IMG/VR virus record: IMGVR_UViG_3300027782_000047
Coordinates: 44,668-108,667 of that record
From: a virus
DNA length: 64,000 nucleotides
Direction: 5' to 3' (one strand)
A program made the position numbers and the translations under genes. The notes under the pieces are model-generated. The model worked only from the letters and a program-made list of their open reading frames with translations, made no database searches and was not told the origin of the DNA. Shown in pieces: positions 42,160 through 52,333 of this stretch; the stretch's first letter is position 1, and every line of letters begins with the position of its first letter.

Positions 42160-42723
42160 ATGATGAAAGAGAAACACTATGTTAACAATGCCGATTTTTT
42201 GAAGGCATTGATAGACTATAAAACTGCATGTGATGCAGCCAAAGCAGAAGGTAAGGATGATCCTATAGTACCAAACTATATCGGTGAATGCTTCCTAAAA
42301 ATTGCTAACCATCTATCTCGCAAACCAAACTTCATATCATATTCTTTCCGAGAAGAGATGGTATGTGATGGTATTGAAAATTGCATTATGTATTTTCGGA
42401 ACTTTGATCCAATCAAGTCTTCCAACCCATTCGCATACTTTACTCAAATCATATACTTTGCTTTTCTAAGGCGTATTCAAAAAGAGAAGAAACAATTGTA
42501 TGTGAAGTACAAAGCTACCGAACAGTTTGGTCTTCTTGATGAAGGTGAAATGTATGAAGATTCGGAAGGTAACATGAAACAGTTTGTCTTGTATGACAAT
42601 CTTTCCGAATTCATTCAAACATTTGAGGCAAAGAAAAACGAAAAGAAGAAAACTAAACTAAAAGTCTTGGATAAATTCCTAGAAGAAGATATCATAGACG
42701 AACAATTACCCGACAAACTTTAA
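42160..42723 (+). CDS. gp55: Late-transcription sigma factor gp55
   Basis: 'HYVNN.DF', 'YIGECFLKIA.HLS.KPNF..Y', 'NPFAYFTQI.YFAFLRRI.KEK.Q'. Confidence 0.96.
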   Translation: MMKEKHYVNNADFLKALIDYKTACDAAKAEGKDDPIVPNYIGECFLKIANHLSRKPNFISYSFREEMVCDGIENCIMYFRNFDPIKSSNPFAYFTQIIYFAFLRRIQKEKKQLYVKYKATEQFGLLDEGEMYEDSEGNMKQFVLYDNLSEFIQTFEAKKNEKKKTKLKVLDKFLEEDIIDEQLPDKL

Positions 42724-42736
42724 TTTATGGAGTATA

Positions 42737-43189
42737 ATGATGCTAGTGTTGCCTGATAATATGATTGGTAAGCCTGTTGGTTTTACTTGTTCCACTTTTG
42801 ACTTGCTTCATGCTGGTCACATTTTGATGCTGGCCGAAGCAAAATCAATATGTGATTACCTAATTGTTGCATTACAGATGGATCCATCAATTGATAGACC
42901 AGAATCTAAAAACAAACCAGTTCAGTCTATTGTTGAACGATATGTCCAGCTTTCGGCTGTTAAATTTGTAGACGAAATTATTGTGTACCAAACAGAGAAA
43001 GACCTTGAAGACATGTTGATGTTCTTACCAATCACAATACGAATTATTGGTGAAGAATACAAAGACAAAGATTTCACTGGTAAACAAATTTGTGAAGACA
43101 GAGGAATTAAAATTTTCTACAACCAACGCAAACATAGTTTTTCAACAACTGAATTACGTAAGAGAGTAGCTAATAAAAGTACACTATGA
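42737..43189 (+). CDS. Cytidylyltransferase, TagD (glycerol-3-phosphate cytidylyltransferase)-like
   Basis: 'FDLLHAGH' HxGH motif, 'ER...L.AVKFVDEI', 'R.HSFSTT.LR'. Confidence 0.85.
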   Translation: MMLVLPDNMIGKPVGFTCSTFDLLHAGHILMLAEAKSICDYLIVALQMDPSIDRPESKNKPVQSIVERYVQLSAVKFVDEIIVYQTEKDLEDMLMFLPITIRIIGEEYKDKDFTGKQICEDRGIKIFYNQRKHSFSTTELRKRVANKSTL

Positions 43190-44256
43190 AGATTGCTTTA
43201 ATTAATGATACACATGCTGGCGCACGTGGTGATAGTTTATTGTTCAATGAGTTTTTCTTTAAGTTTTGGGAAGGTACTTTCTTTCCATATCTAAAAGAAA
43301 ACAACATAACTCAGATTGTGCATCTTGGTGATGTGGTTGATAGACGCAAATTTATCAACTATGTCATTTTGAATTCATGGCGCAAACGATTCTTTGATGT
43401 GCTTGAAAGAGAAAACATCAAGATGGATGTTATCGTTGGTAACCATGATGTAACATACAAGAACACAAACGAAATTAATGCCATGCATGAATTGTTTGAT
43501 AGGTATGACAACATCAATGTGTATATTGATCCTGTTGAAAGAACCTATGACGGTCTTCCAATAACATTAATGCCATGGATCAACTCATCCAACTACGAAA
43601 ATTCACTTCAATTTTTGCAAGACACCAAGTCGGAAATTGTGTTCGGGCACTTTGAAATTTCTGGCTTTGAGATGGACAGAGGTAATGTTTGTCATGCTGG
43701 ACTAGATAAGAAAATCTTTGATAGATTTGATATGGTTCTATCTGGACACTTTCACCACAAGTCATCCGATGGTACAATTCACTATCTTGGTAATCAATAT
43801 GAAATTACCTGGACTGACTTCAATGATCCGAGAGGCTTTCATGTCTTTGATACCGAGACAAGAGAGTTGACATTCGTTTCAAATCCATGTAGAATGTTCT
43901 ATAAGATTAGCTATGATGATGAATCACAATCGTTTGAGTACTGGAAAGCATATGACTTCTCGGTACACAAAGACACTTATGTCAAAGTGGTTGTGGTAAA
44001 CAAAACAAATGCTTATCTTTTTGATTATGTGCTTGAGCAATTGAACAAAGCTGGTGTAGCCGATGTTGCTGTGGTAGAAGATTTTTCTGATACTACAATA
44101 GATGATGACCAGGAATTAATTGACCAAGCGGAAGATACCATGACTATTCTTTCCAAGTATATTGATGGGTTGACACTTGATGTAGATTCTGATAAACTAA
44201 AGAATCTAATGCGTGAATTATACGTTGAATCTTTGAATGTTGAAGTGACTGAATGA
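43186..44256 (+). CDS. gp47: Recombination endonuclease gp47 (Mre11-like)
   Basis: DTH, GDVVDRR, GNHD, GHFE, SGHFH. Confidence 0.95.
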   Translation: MKIALINDTHAGARGDSLLFNEFFFKFWEGTFFPYLKENNITQIVHLGDVVDRRKFINYVILNSWRKRFFDVLERENIKMDVIVGNHDVTYKNTNEINAMHELFDRYDNINVYIDPVERTYDGLPITLMPWINSSNYENSLQFLQDTKSEIVFGHFEISGFEMDRGNVCHAGLDKKIFDRFDMVLSGHFHHKSSDGTIHYLGNQYEITWTDFNDPRGFHVFDTETRELTFVSNPCRMFYKISYDDESQSFEYWKAYDFSVHKDTYVKVVVVNKTNAYLFDYVLEQLNKAGVADVAVVEDFSDTTIDDDQELIDQAEDTMTILSKYIDGLTLDVDSDKLKNLMRELYVESLNVEVTE

Positions 44257-45965
44257 TTTTTTTCAAATCAATAAAATTTAAAAACTTTCTCTCTACTGGT
44301 AATTACTTCACAGAAATTAATCTGTGTAACAGTTCAAACACACTGGTAGTAGGAACAAACGGTGCAGGCAAGTCTACCTTGCTTGATGCGCTGTGCTTTG
44401 TGCTGTTCGGAAAACCATTTCGTTCAATCAATAAACCGCAATTGGTAAACTCAATCAATCAAAAAGATTGTGTCGTTGAGTGTGAGTTTGATATTGGAAA
44501 CAAGAAATTCAAAATCATTCGTGGTATCAAACCAAACATCTTTGAGATTTATGTTGATGGCGAAATGTTGAATCAAGATGCCGCTGTAAGAGACTATCAA
44601 GAACACCTAGAGAAATTCATTCTCAAATTAAATTACAAATCTTTCACACAAATTGTCATTCTCGGTTCAGCTTCTTTTGTGCCATTCATGCAACTCTCTG
44701 CGGCTGATCGCAGAGCAATCATTGAAGACTTGTTAGACATTCAAATCTTTTCCACAATGAATGGTCTATTAAGAGACAAACATTCAATCAATAAAGAAAA
44801 CATTCAGTCTAACAAACATGAATTGGATTTGTGTTCCAATCAACACAAATTGGTAGAAGAACACACAGAAAAAATTAAGAAGAATACCGATGAATTGATT
44901 GTGAGCAAAGAATTGGAAGTAGCCAATGTTTGGCTTGAGATTGATTTGGTGCAAACAGAAATCAATTCCATGAACACAGCTATTTCTGACCTTCAGAAAG
45001 AGATAGAAGACAAGTCTATTGTAAACGATAAATTGAAAAAGCTAAATCAATTTGAAACACAGATTGAAACCAACTTGTCAAAGTATCGTAAAGACGTAAA
45101 CTTTTTCCTAAATAATGATGATTGCCCAACTTGTCGCCAAAGCATCCAGTTGGAATTTAAAGAAAAACAAATAACAGATTTGAATGATAAAGTTGAGAAG
45201 TGTACTCACGGTTTGACAAAACTTGAATCTGACATTCTAGTGCAACAAAATCGGCTAAATGATATTACAAAAATTTCTAATGCGATTCAGGTTAAACAAG
45301 TTGCTGTTGCATCCAACAATTCAACCATCATTGAATTGAATAAGTACATAGGAAAATTGCAGAAAGAGATAGGAGTATTGTCATCATCCAAGGAAAACTT
45401 GTCCTCGGAGACCAATAAACTTCTCGCATTGCAAACACAATTAGCAGAGTTAGAATCCAAAAAGAAATCGTTAATAGAAGAAAAGACATATCTTGAAGCT
45501 GCCTCTCTGTTGTTAAAAGATACTGGAATCAAAACAAAAATCATTAAGCAATATTTGCCTATCATAAACAAGATGGTAAATAAGTATCTAGCATCGCTGG
45601 ATTTCTTTGTGAATTTTAATCTTGATGAATCTTTCAAAGAAACAATCAAGTCACGCCATCGTGATGAATTCAGTTACGCATCTTTTAGTGAAGGTGAGAA
45701 ACAAAGAATTGATATGGCACTTATGTTGACTTGGAGAGCAGTAGCAAAACTTAAGAATTCCACAAATACCAATTTGTTGATTCTAGATGAAGTGTTTGAT
45801 AGTAGCCTAGATAATAATGGAACTGAGTACTTGATGACAATTCTACAGATGCTTGAAGATGTAAATCTGTTTGTGATATCACACAAGGGTGACATACTGC
45901 AAGATAAGTTCCGAAACTTAATTCGGTTTGAGAAGGTAAATAATTTTTCAAGGATAGTAAAATGA
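44253..45965 (+). CDS. gp46: Recombination ATPase gp46 (Rad50-like)
   Basis: GTNGAGKST, CPTC hook, FSEGEK, LDEVFD, ISH. Confidence 0.96.
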   Translation: MIFFKSIKFKNFLSTGNYFTEINLCNSSNTLVVGTNGAGKSTLLDALCFVLFGKPFRSINKPQLVNSINQKDCVVECEFDIGNKKFKIIRGIKPNIFEIYVDGEMLNQDAAVRDYQEHLEKFILKLNYKSFTQIVILGSASFVPFMQLSAADRRAIIEDLLDIQIFSTMNGLLRDKHSINKENIQSNKHELDLCSNQHKLVEEHTEKIKKNTDELIVSKELEVANVWLEIDLVQTEINSMNTAISDLQKEIEDKSIVNDKLKKLNQFETQIETNLSKYRKDVNFFLNNDDCPTCRQSIQLEFKEKQITDLNDKVEKCTHGLTKLESDILVQQNRLNDITKISNAIQVKQVAVASNNSTIIELNKYIGKLQKEIGVLSSSKENLSSETNKLLALQTQLAELESKKKSLIEEKTYLEAASLLLKDTGIKTKIIKQYLPIINKMVNKYLASLDFFVNFNLDESFKETIKSRHRDEFSYASFSEGEKQRIDMALMLTWRAVAKLKNSTNTNLLILDEVFDSSLDNNGTEYLMTILQMLEDVNLFVISHKGDILQDKFRNLIRFEKVNNFSRIVK

Positions 45966-46549
45966 ATGATAATGATATTTTAGTTATTAATACGGAGACT
46001 AAATCTCCAACCAAAGTCGTAGAAGAAAAAATTCTACCATTACCTATTCTGACAGAAGGTAATCCGTTACTAAGAACACCAGTTGAAGAATTTGATATGT
46101 CGCAAATCATGCAACCAGAGATTCAAAAATTTATCAAACAATTGAAATTGACAATGCATACCTATAATGGTGTTGGGCTGTCAGCTAATCAGTGTGGATT
46201 TAAATTCAGAATGTTTGTGATTGGTACAGACCAATTTCAAATGGTTTGCGTCAATCCAAAAATCATTGATGTTGATGGTGATCCAAAACTAATGCGTGAA
46301 GGTTGCTTGTCGTATCCAGCATTGTTTGTTGGTGTACCTAGATATGAAGGTGTTCTTGTAAATTACTATGATGAATATTCACAGCCAAAAGAGTTGTGGT
46401 TGCGTGGTATAACAGCACAATGCTTTCAGCATGAACTAGAACATCTTGATGGCAAAGTGTTTATTGAGAAAGTTAAACCTCTTGCTATGCAGATGGCAAG
46501 AAAACGTCAAACTAAGTTAATTAAGAAAATTGTGAGGAATTCAAAATGA
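45962..46549 (+). CDS. def: Peptide deformylase
   Basis: GVGLSANQ, EGCLS, QHELEH motifs. Confidence 0.95.
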   Translation: MNDNDILVINTETKSPTKVVEEKILPLPILTEGNPLLRTPVEEFDMSQIMQPEIQKFIKQLKLTMHTYNGVGLSANQCGFKFRMFVIGTDQFQMVCVNPKIIDVDGDPKLMREGCLSYPALFVGVPRYEGVLVNYYDEYSQPKELWLRGITAQCFQHELEHLDGKVFIEKVKPLAMQMARKRQTKLIKKIVRNSK

Positions 46550-46917
46550 GCGATGTGAAGGTTAATGAAACTACCGAGTATGAGAGTTGTCTTGATTTTG
46601 AGAGTGATGAAATCAATGATGTTTCTAAATTCATGGATGGTGAACAAACACAAGAACAAAAACTTCCTGTAGATGATGTTGATGATTCATTGCTTACCAG
46701 AGACCAATTCTTTAAGAAGTATTGGAAAGGTATGCCAACTTTTGACCAGAATGATAATCCTCCATGGAAACAACTGTATGTGAACTTCCGAAACAAAGCA
46801 GACTATGATGCTTTTGCTAAGTTGATTGAACAAGACATAACTGAAAAGAGTAAAAGTATTTGGTATCCAAAACTTGACATTGAAGAAAACTCCTTGAATC
46901 GTTGGATTGTAGAATGA
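46546..46917 (+). CDS. Hypothetical protein coupled to the glycosyltransferase
   Basis: 'W.GMP.F.Q....P...L.V.F.......F..LI.Q.IT.K.KSIWYP'; overlaps both neighbours. Confidence 0.65.
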   Translation: MSDVKVNETTEYESCLDFESDEINDVSKFMDGEQTQEQKLPVDDVDDSLLTRDQFFKKYWKGMPTFDQNDNPPWKQLYVNFRNKADYDAFAKLIEQDITEKSKSIWYPKLDIEENSLNRWIVE

Positions 46918-47819
46918 TTAACCCTAAGTATCCAGTTTATATTATATCTAAGGGTCGGCATGAATCCATGTTGACTTCCCGCTCACTCGCTCGTATGAAA
47001 GTTCCTCATTACATTGCGATTGAGCCACAAGACTTAGACAACTATGAAAAAGCACTGGATGAATTTAAGATTCGCCCATATGTTACATTGCTAGTTGCAC
47101 CATTCAGTAATCATGGTGATGGACCAGGTCGTGCTAGAAATTGGTGTTGGGATCATGCGATTGAAATTGGTACCGAAAAGCATTGGGTACTAGATGATAA
47201 TATCTCTGACTTCTATAGATTAAATCAGAACAAACGCTATCGTGTTGAATCTGGTGCTATCTTCCGAGCCGCAGAAGATTTCATTGACCGCTTTGAGAAT
47301 GTACCAATCTCTGGCTTTCAGTATCGGTTCTTCATTGCACCAAATTCAAAGTATCCACCATTCGTAACTAACACACGAATCTATTCCTGTTTGCTAATCT
47401 CCAATGATTGTAAACATCGTTGGCGTGGTAGATACAATGAAGATACCGATATCTGTCTCCGCGTGTTGAAAGATGGTGATTGTACCATTCAGTTCAATGC
47501 ATTCTTGCAAGGCAAGGCGGCTACACAGACAGTTAAGGGTGGTAACACCGAAGAATTCTATCATAAAGAATTTGCAGATGCTGATGAAAACTTTAAGAAG
47601 ACTGGTTATAACAGTAGCGGTACAATCAACAAATCACAGATGCTTGCAGATATGCATCCAGATGTTGCAAGAGTTGTTTGGCGTTATGGTCGTTGGCATC
47701 ATTATGTTGACTACAATCCATTCAAAGTAAACAAGTTGCGAATGAAACCTGATGCAATAGTTCCAGAAGGCAACAACGAATATGGAATGAAGTTGATTCG
47801 TAATTGGAAACCAGATTGA
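46914..47819 (+). CDS. GREB1/TET-associated (TAGT)-like glycosyltransferase, probable DNA base modification
   Basis: 'YPVYIISKGR', 'ARN..WDH', 'W.LDDNI', 'RIYSC.LI', 'WRGRYNEDTD...R', 'GGNT'. Confidence 0.75.
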   Translation: MINPKYPVYIISKGRHESMLTSRSLARMKVPHYIAIEPQDLDNYEKALDEFKIRPYVTLLVAPFSNHGDGPGRARNWCWDHAIEIGTEKHWVLDDNISDFYRLNQNKRYRVESGAIFRAAEDFIDRFENVPISGFQYRFFIAPNSKYPPFVTNTRIYSCLLISNDCKHRWRGRYNEDTDICLRVLKDGDCTIQFNAFLQGKAATQTVKGGNTEEFYHKEFADADENFKKTGYNSSGTINKSQMLADMHPDVARVVWRYGRWHHYVDYNPFKVNKLRMKPDAIVPEGNNEYGMKLIRNWKPD

Positions 47820-48673
47820 TGAGTATTGTTGATGAAATAGGCAAAGAGAGTCTAAAGCGGTATCTTGAAAACTGCGCTAAGGTTGCAGACATAGATATTG
47901 AGGCGGCATTCAAAGTCACATTGAATTGTATGAAAGCGCATGATGGGGCAATCATACCCGATGATGATATGCGTCAGATGAAAGACCTTGAGAATAGATG
48001 GTATGCATCATTGGAAACAGGAACGCCAGACTATTCTGTTTACTCTGATGCTTATTATTTCTGCGAAGTATGGATGTGTTGGTCAAAATACTCTAGAAGG
48101 TATCTCAAAGAAATCAATTCACCGAAGTCCATGTTTGGTAAAAGTATAGTTGAGTACATTGGTAATGTTGACAATGTGGTTGACTTGGGATGCGGTTTCG
48201 GTTATACTACAGTTGGTATGAAAGAATTGTTTCCGAACTCAAATGTCTATGGTACAAATCTAAAAGATAGTTACCAGTATAAGATGGCAACAGAGTTGGG
48301 CGACAAACACAATTTCAAAATCATTGAAAATCTTACACAAGTTGAAAAGCCAGGAACAAGTTTGTTTTTTGCTTCCGAATACTTTGAACACTTTGACAGA
48401 CCGATTGAGCATTTGATTGATGTGATTGAACAAGGGTCACCAACATATATGTTGATTGCTAACACATTCAACGGAAGAGCCATTGGTCACTTCAATCAAT
48501 ACAAAGATGGTACCGAAGTCTATGATGGAAAACAAATGGGAAGATTGTTCGGAAAGACACTCAGAAAATATGGATACGAAAGTGTTACCACAGATTGTTG
48601 GAATAATAGACCCGCATTTTGGCAGAAGAAAGATAGTTGTTTTTTGACAACACAATACTTTAGTAGTACTTGA
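47819..48673 (+). CDS. Class I SAM-dependent methyltransferase
   Basis: Motif I VVDLGCGFG; 'SEYFEH'; TGATG overlap with the GT gene. Confidence 0.75.
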   Translation: MSIVDEIGKESLKRYLENCAKVADIDIEAAFKVTLNCMKAHDGAIIPDDDMRQMKDLENRWYASLETGTPDYSVYSDAYYFCEVWMCWSKYSRRYLKEINSPKSMFGKSIVEYIGNVDNVVDLGCGFGYTTVGMKELFPNSNVYGTNLKDSYQYKMATELGDKHNFKIIENLTQVEKPGTSLFFASEYFEHFDRPIEHLIDVIEQGSPTYMLIANTFNGRAIGHFNQYKDGTEVYDGKQMGRLFGKTLRKYGYESVTTDCWNNRPAFWQKKDSCFLTTQYFSST

Positions 48674-48697
48674 CATTCGTTCTGGTCCTGATATACT
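48670..48697 (+). promoter_or_regulatory. Sigma70-type early promoter
   Basis: TTGACA-16 nt-TATACT with extended -10 TG. Confidence 0.7.
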
Positions 48698-48722
48698 TGT
48701 ATCTGTAGTTAGAAGGAACACC

Positions 48723-51044
48723 ATGCAGTTTACTCAAGAATCCAAATCCCAATTAGCCAAGTTGATGGCTACCGAAAACCTCACCGTTGAGCACCGCAAA
48801 GTATCCACGGCTTCTTTTAATCTTAAAGACCGTGTTCTTACCCTTCCAGTCTGGAAAGATATGTCTGGCGAAATGTATGATTTGCTGACAGGTCACGAAG
48901 TTGGTCACGCATTAGAAACGCCAGAAGAAGGTTGGCACAATGCAGTTATGGGCACTGGCAAATTTAATAAGAATTTCAAAAACTTCTTGAATGTGGTTGA
49001 AGATGCCCGCATTGAGAAAAAAGTCAAACGCCGTTTCCCTGGCCTACGTCAATCGTTTGTCAAAGCATACGGTCAACTATTAGAAAAAGATTTTTTCGGT
49101 ATCAAGTACCGAAATGTCAATGCTTTGCCTTTCATTGACCGCTTGAACCTTTACACTAAAGGTGGTGTCTCACTCGGTATTCAATTCAACAATGAAGAAA
49201 CCAAAATGTTAGCCGATGTTGAATCGTGCGAAACGTGGGAAGATGTTGTCCGTATTACCGAAGCAATTTTTGACTATTCAAAAACCGAACAAAAAGAAAT
49301 CCAAGATAGTAAACTTAACCAATTGAATTCATTCTATGATGATGAAGATGGTGATTATGAAACGGACATGGACGGCAATGATGATTCTTCTAATGATGAA
49401 GAAGAAAATCAGGAAGATGGCCAACCTCAAGATGGCAAAACTGAAAAAGAATCATCCGATGGTGAAGATACAAAAAAATCTGAATCTGGTAAATCTGATT
49501 CCGATTCCGAAGAAACCTCGGAAGAACAGCCAGAAGAAAGCAATACAATTGAACGTGATAAAGAATCACACAATAGTATCAGTGAAGATGAAGACTTTGA
49601 ACCAGTTTGTGAAACCGATGAAAAGTACCGTGAAAACGAAAGCCAATTGTTGGACAAATCATGCAAAGAATATTTGTATGTGAATTTGCCAACTCCAATT
49701 TATTCTGAGATTCTTACTCCATACAAACGGGTACATGAATTGATGGAAATGTATTGGGCTGACCGGTTTGATTCATATAAAGATACTCAGAATGTTTTGC
49801 TCCGTGAATTCAAAAATCGGAATGACCGTTACATTTCTCTGCTTGCGAAAGAATTTGAAATGCGTAAAGCCGCATCAAAATATTCCAAACAGAAAATTTC
49901 TGAGACTGGTGATATTGATGTTAACCGCATCTACAAATACCAAGTTGATGACAATATTTTCCGCAAAGCAACCTTTGTACCAAAAGGCAAATCGCATGGT
50001 TTAGTTTTGTTGCTTGACCGTTCGGGTTCAATGCAAAACAATATGGAATCATCATGGGAACAAATTTTGGTTCTCGCAATGTTCTGCCGCAAAGTGAATA
50101 TTCCTTTTGTTGTTTATGGTTTTGGCAATGATACCGGTGCTTTTCAACTTGACCACGGCCGTGAAAATAATCGTTCATTCACCAAAAACCTCCACGAATT
50201 AAGTGGCTCAGATGTTTTCTTGCGTGAGTATTTGAATTCAAAAATGAGTGCAAGTGAATTTACCCGGTGCTCTAAAAATATCATGGCTTTGTCTGGTAGT
50301 TATAGTTATCGTGGCAATCGTAAATTTTCAACACCTAAGACTGAGAATTTGTCAAATACTCCTATGACCGAAGCAATGATTGCCTTGAAGCCGCTTGTTG
50401 AGCAATTCCGCAAAGTGAACAATCTTGATATTGTGAACACGGTTATCATGCACGATGGTGATGCAGACAGAATTACCGCCATAATTGGTGAGCGTGTAGA
50501 TTACAAAGGTCAATCTTACTCTAGCACGGTAGGTATCGGTCACGGCCAGTACAATCTTGTTTTGCGTGATACGAAAAATAAATTTGAAGAATTGATGGTT
50601 GATGATGATGAATGTCCTGTGCGTAAATCAGTTTTCAATTGGTATCGCAAAACTACAGGTTCTAAGATTATCGGTTTCTTCATTGCTGGAACTGGTGCTG
50701 GTCTCCGTGCTGGCATTGAGCGCCGTTACATCAACGAAAAAGGTGAATCGTTGCGCCAAGTTTATGAGGGTCACTCTAATGATTCTTACTATCAAAGAAA
50801 AGAAGCGACTAAACAACTTGCACAAATCATCAAAGTCGAAAGATTCCTAGAATCTAAAAATTCTGGATACAATAAATTCTTTATTATTCCTGGTGGCGAT
50901 GACCTTGACATTGAAAACGAAAGTTTACATGTTGATGGTGCAGTTACTGCTGGTAAACTAAAGAATGCATTTATGAAAATGAATAAGAAGAAACAAGTAA
51001 GCCGTGTTTTGGTAAATCGTTTCATTGGCGAGATTGCTCTGTGA
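48723..51044 (+). CDS. CobT-like protein: HExxH metallopeptidase-like domain, acidic linker, vWA domain
   Basis: 'GHEVGHAL', 'NVVEDARIE', D/E-rich linker, MIDAS 'LDRSGSM', 'TP', 'HDG'. Confidence 0.8.
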   Translation: MQFTQESKSQLAKLMATENLTVEHRKVSTASFNLKDRVLTLPVWKDMSGEMYDLLTGHEVGHALETPEEGWHNAVMGTGKFNKNFKNFLNVVEDARIEKKVKRRFPGLRQSFVKAYGQLLEKDFFGIKYRNVNALPFIDRLNLYTKGGVSLGIQFNNEETKMLADVESCETWEDVVRITEAIFDYSKTEQKEIQDSKLNQLNSFYDDEDGDYETDMDGNDDSSNDEEENQEDGQPQDGKTEKESSDGEDTKKSESGKSDSDSEETSEEQPEESNTIERDKESHNSISEDEDFEPVCETDEKYRENESQLLDKSCKEYLYVNLPTPIYSEILTPYKRVHELMEMYWADRFDSYKDTQNVLLREFKNRNDRYISLLAKEFEMRKAASKYSKQKISETGDIDVNRIYKYQVDDNIFRKATFVPKGKSHGLVLLLDRSGSMQNNMESSWEQILVLAMFCRKVNIPFVVYGFGNDTGAFQLDHGRENNRSFTKNLHELSGSDVFLREYLNSKMSASEFTRCSKNIMALSGSYSYRGNRKFSTPKTENLSNTPMTEAMIALKPLVEQFRKVNNLDIVNTVIMHDGDADRITAIIGERVDYKGQSYSSTVGIGHGQYNLVLRDTKNKFEELMVDDDECPVRKSVFNWYRKTTGSKIIGFFIAGTGAGLRAGIERRYINEKGESLRQVYEGHSNDSYYQRKEATKQLAQIIKVERFLESKNSGYNKFFIIPGGDDLDIENESLHVDGAVTAGKLKNAFMKMNKKKQVSRVLVNRFIGEIAL

Positions 51045-51064
51045 CATTTTTACAACACCACCTA

Positions 51065-51093
51065 TTGACAAAGTGGTGTTTCCCTGTTATAAT
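51065..51093 (+). promoter_or_regulatory. Sigma70 consensus promoter, -35 inside an 8-bp inverted repeat
   Basis: TTGACA-17 nt-TATAAT; AACACCAC/GTGGTGTT arms at 51054-51061 and 51073-51080. Confidence 0.85.
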
Positions 51094-51127
51094 TATTGTA
51101 TTGATTGATTGAAATGGAGTTTATATT

Positions 51128-52309
51128 ATGCGTAAAGTGAATGTTTCCGCCCGTGAGAAGTTTATTTCTTTGGCTCTTGCTACAGGCAAAAGCACTTTGA
51201 ATGTTGAAGATATCTGGGCAATTTGTAATGAGGCCGACCTAAAATATCCACAATGGTTCACAAAAGATCCAGAAAATCGTGCTGGTCGTGGGCTATATAA
51301 ACTACCAACTAATGTTTCCACAGTTGATTTATCTGCTCAAGTTTTACCTATGAAGAAAACCGAAATCGCACCTGTTGCACCTGTTGCACAAAATCGAATT
51401 GCTAATGTATCTACTGACCTTGAGACTGGAAATCTAATTCCTCAAGTATACAAAAATTATGTGCCATTTGGCAACTATGAAGATTTGCTGGCTATCGTAA
51501 ACAGTAAACAATTCTTTCCTATCTTTATCACTGGTCAATCTGGCAACGGTAAAACAATGTCCGTTGAACAAGCCTGTGCCAAAGCAAAACGCAAATTCGT
51601 TTGTATCTCAATGACACCAGAAACCGATGAAGGCGATTTGCTCGGTAACTTTGTTTTGATTAACGGTCAGATGGAATGGCGTGACGGTCCCGTTACTACA
51701 GCCGCACGACAAGGTGCCGTTTTGTGTATTGATGAAATTGACTACGGCGCACAAAACTTGTCCTGCTTGCAAAGGGTACTAGAAGGTAAGCCTTTCATGT
51801 TGAAGAAAAAAGGTGAAGTTGTTTACCCAGCCGAAGGCTTTACGATTGTTGCCACTGCAAATACAAAAGGTAAAGGCTCAGAAGATGGTCGTTACATGTT
51901 CACCAACGTATTGAACGAAGCCTTCTTGGAACGTTTCTTGAATACATATGAACAAGAATATCCTCCTGTTGCAGTTGAACGTAAAATCATCAAAAAAGAA
52001 TTGACCTCCGCTGGTCGTACCGATGATGAATTTGCCGAGAAACTTGTTACTTGGGCTGATGTAATTCGCAAAACCTTCTCCGAAGGTGGTGTTGATGAAA
52101 TTATCTCCACTCGCCGTCTGGTACACATTTGCAAAACATATGGTGTGCATGGTGATCGAATGAAAGCGGTATCATTGTGTTTGAATCGTTTTGATACCGA
52201 TACCAAAATGTCTTTCCTTGACTTGTATACCAAACTTGATGCACCAGCCAAAGAAGAAGATCCTGTTACAGTGAATGTACCTTCACATATTGAAGAAGTA
52301 CCATTTTAA
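51128..52309 (+). CDS. cobS: CobS/MoxR-like AAA+ ATPase
   Basis: GQSGNGKT, CIDEID, TANTKGKGS.DGR, 'NEAFLERF', 'STRRLVHI'. Confidence 0.88.
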   Translation: MRKVNVSAREKFISLALATGKSTLNVEDIWAICNEADLKYPQWFTKDPENRAGRGLYKLPTNVSTVDLSAQVLPMKKTEIAPVAPVAQNRIANVSTDLETGNLIPQVYKNYVPFGNYEDLLAIVNSKQFFPIFITGQSGNGKTMSVEQACAKAKRKFVCISMTPETDEGDLLGNFVLINGQMEWRDGPVTTAARQGAVLCIDEIDYGAQNLSCLQRVLEGKPFMLKKKGEVVYPAEGFTIVATANTKGKGSEDGRYMFTNVLNEAFLERFLNTYEQEYPPVAVERKIIKKELTSAGRTDDEFAEKLVTWADVIRKTFSEGGVDEIISTRRLVHICKTYGVHGDRMKAVSLCLNRFDTDTKMSFLDLYTKLDAPAKEEDPVTVNVPSHIEEVPF

Positions 52310-52333
52310 TTGATACATTTACCACTAAGAGTA

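Noticed and set aside
48723-52309. Cobalamin biosynthesis function for the CobT/CobS-like pair
   Set aside because: This vWA + MoxR-type AAA pair is routine in T4-like aquatic phages; there is no CobN or other cob gene, so a chaperone-like role is more plausible and it is not novel.
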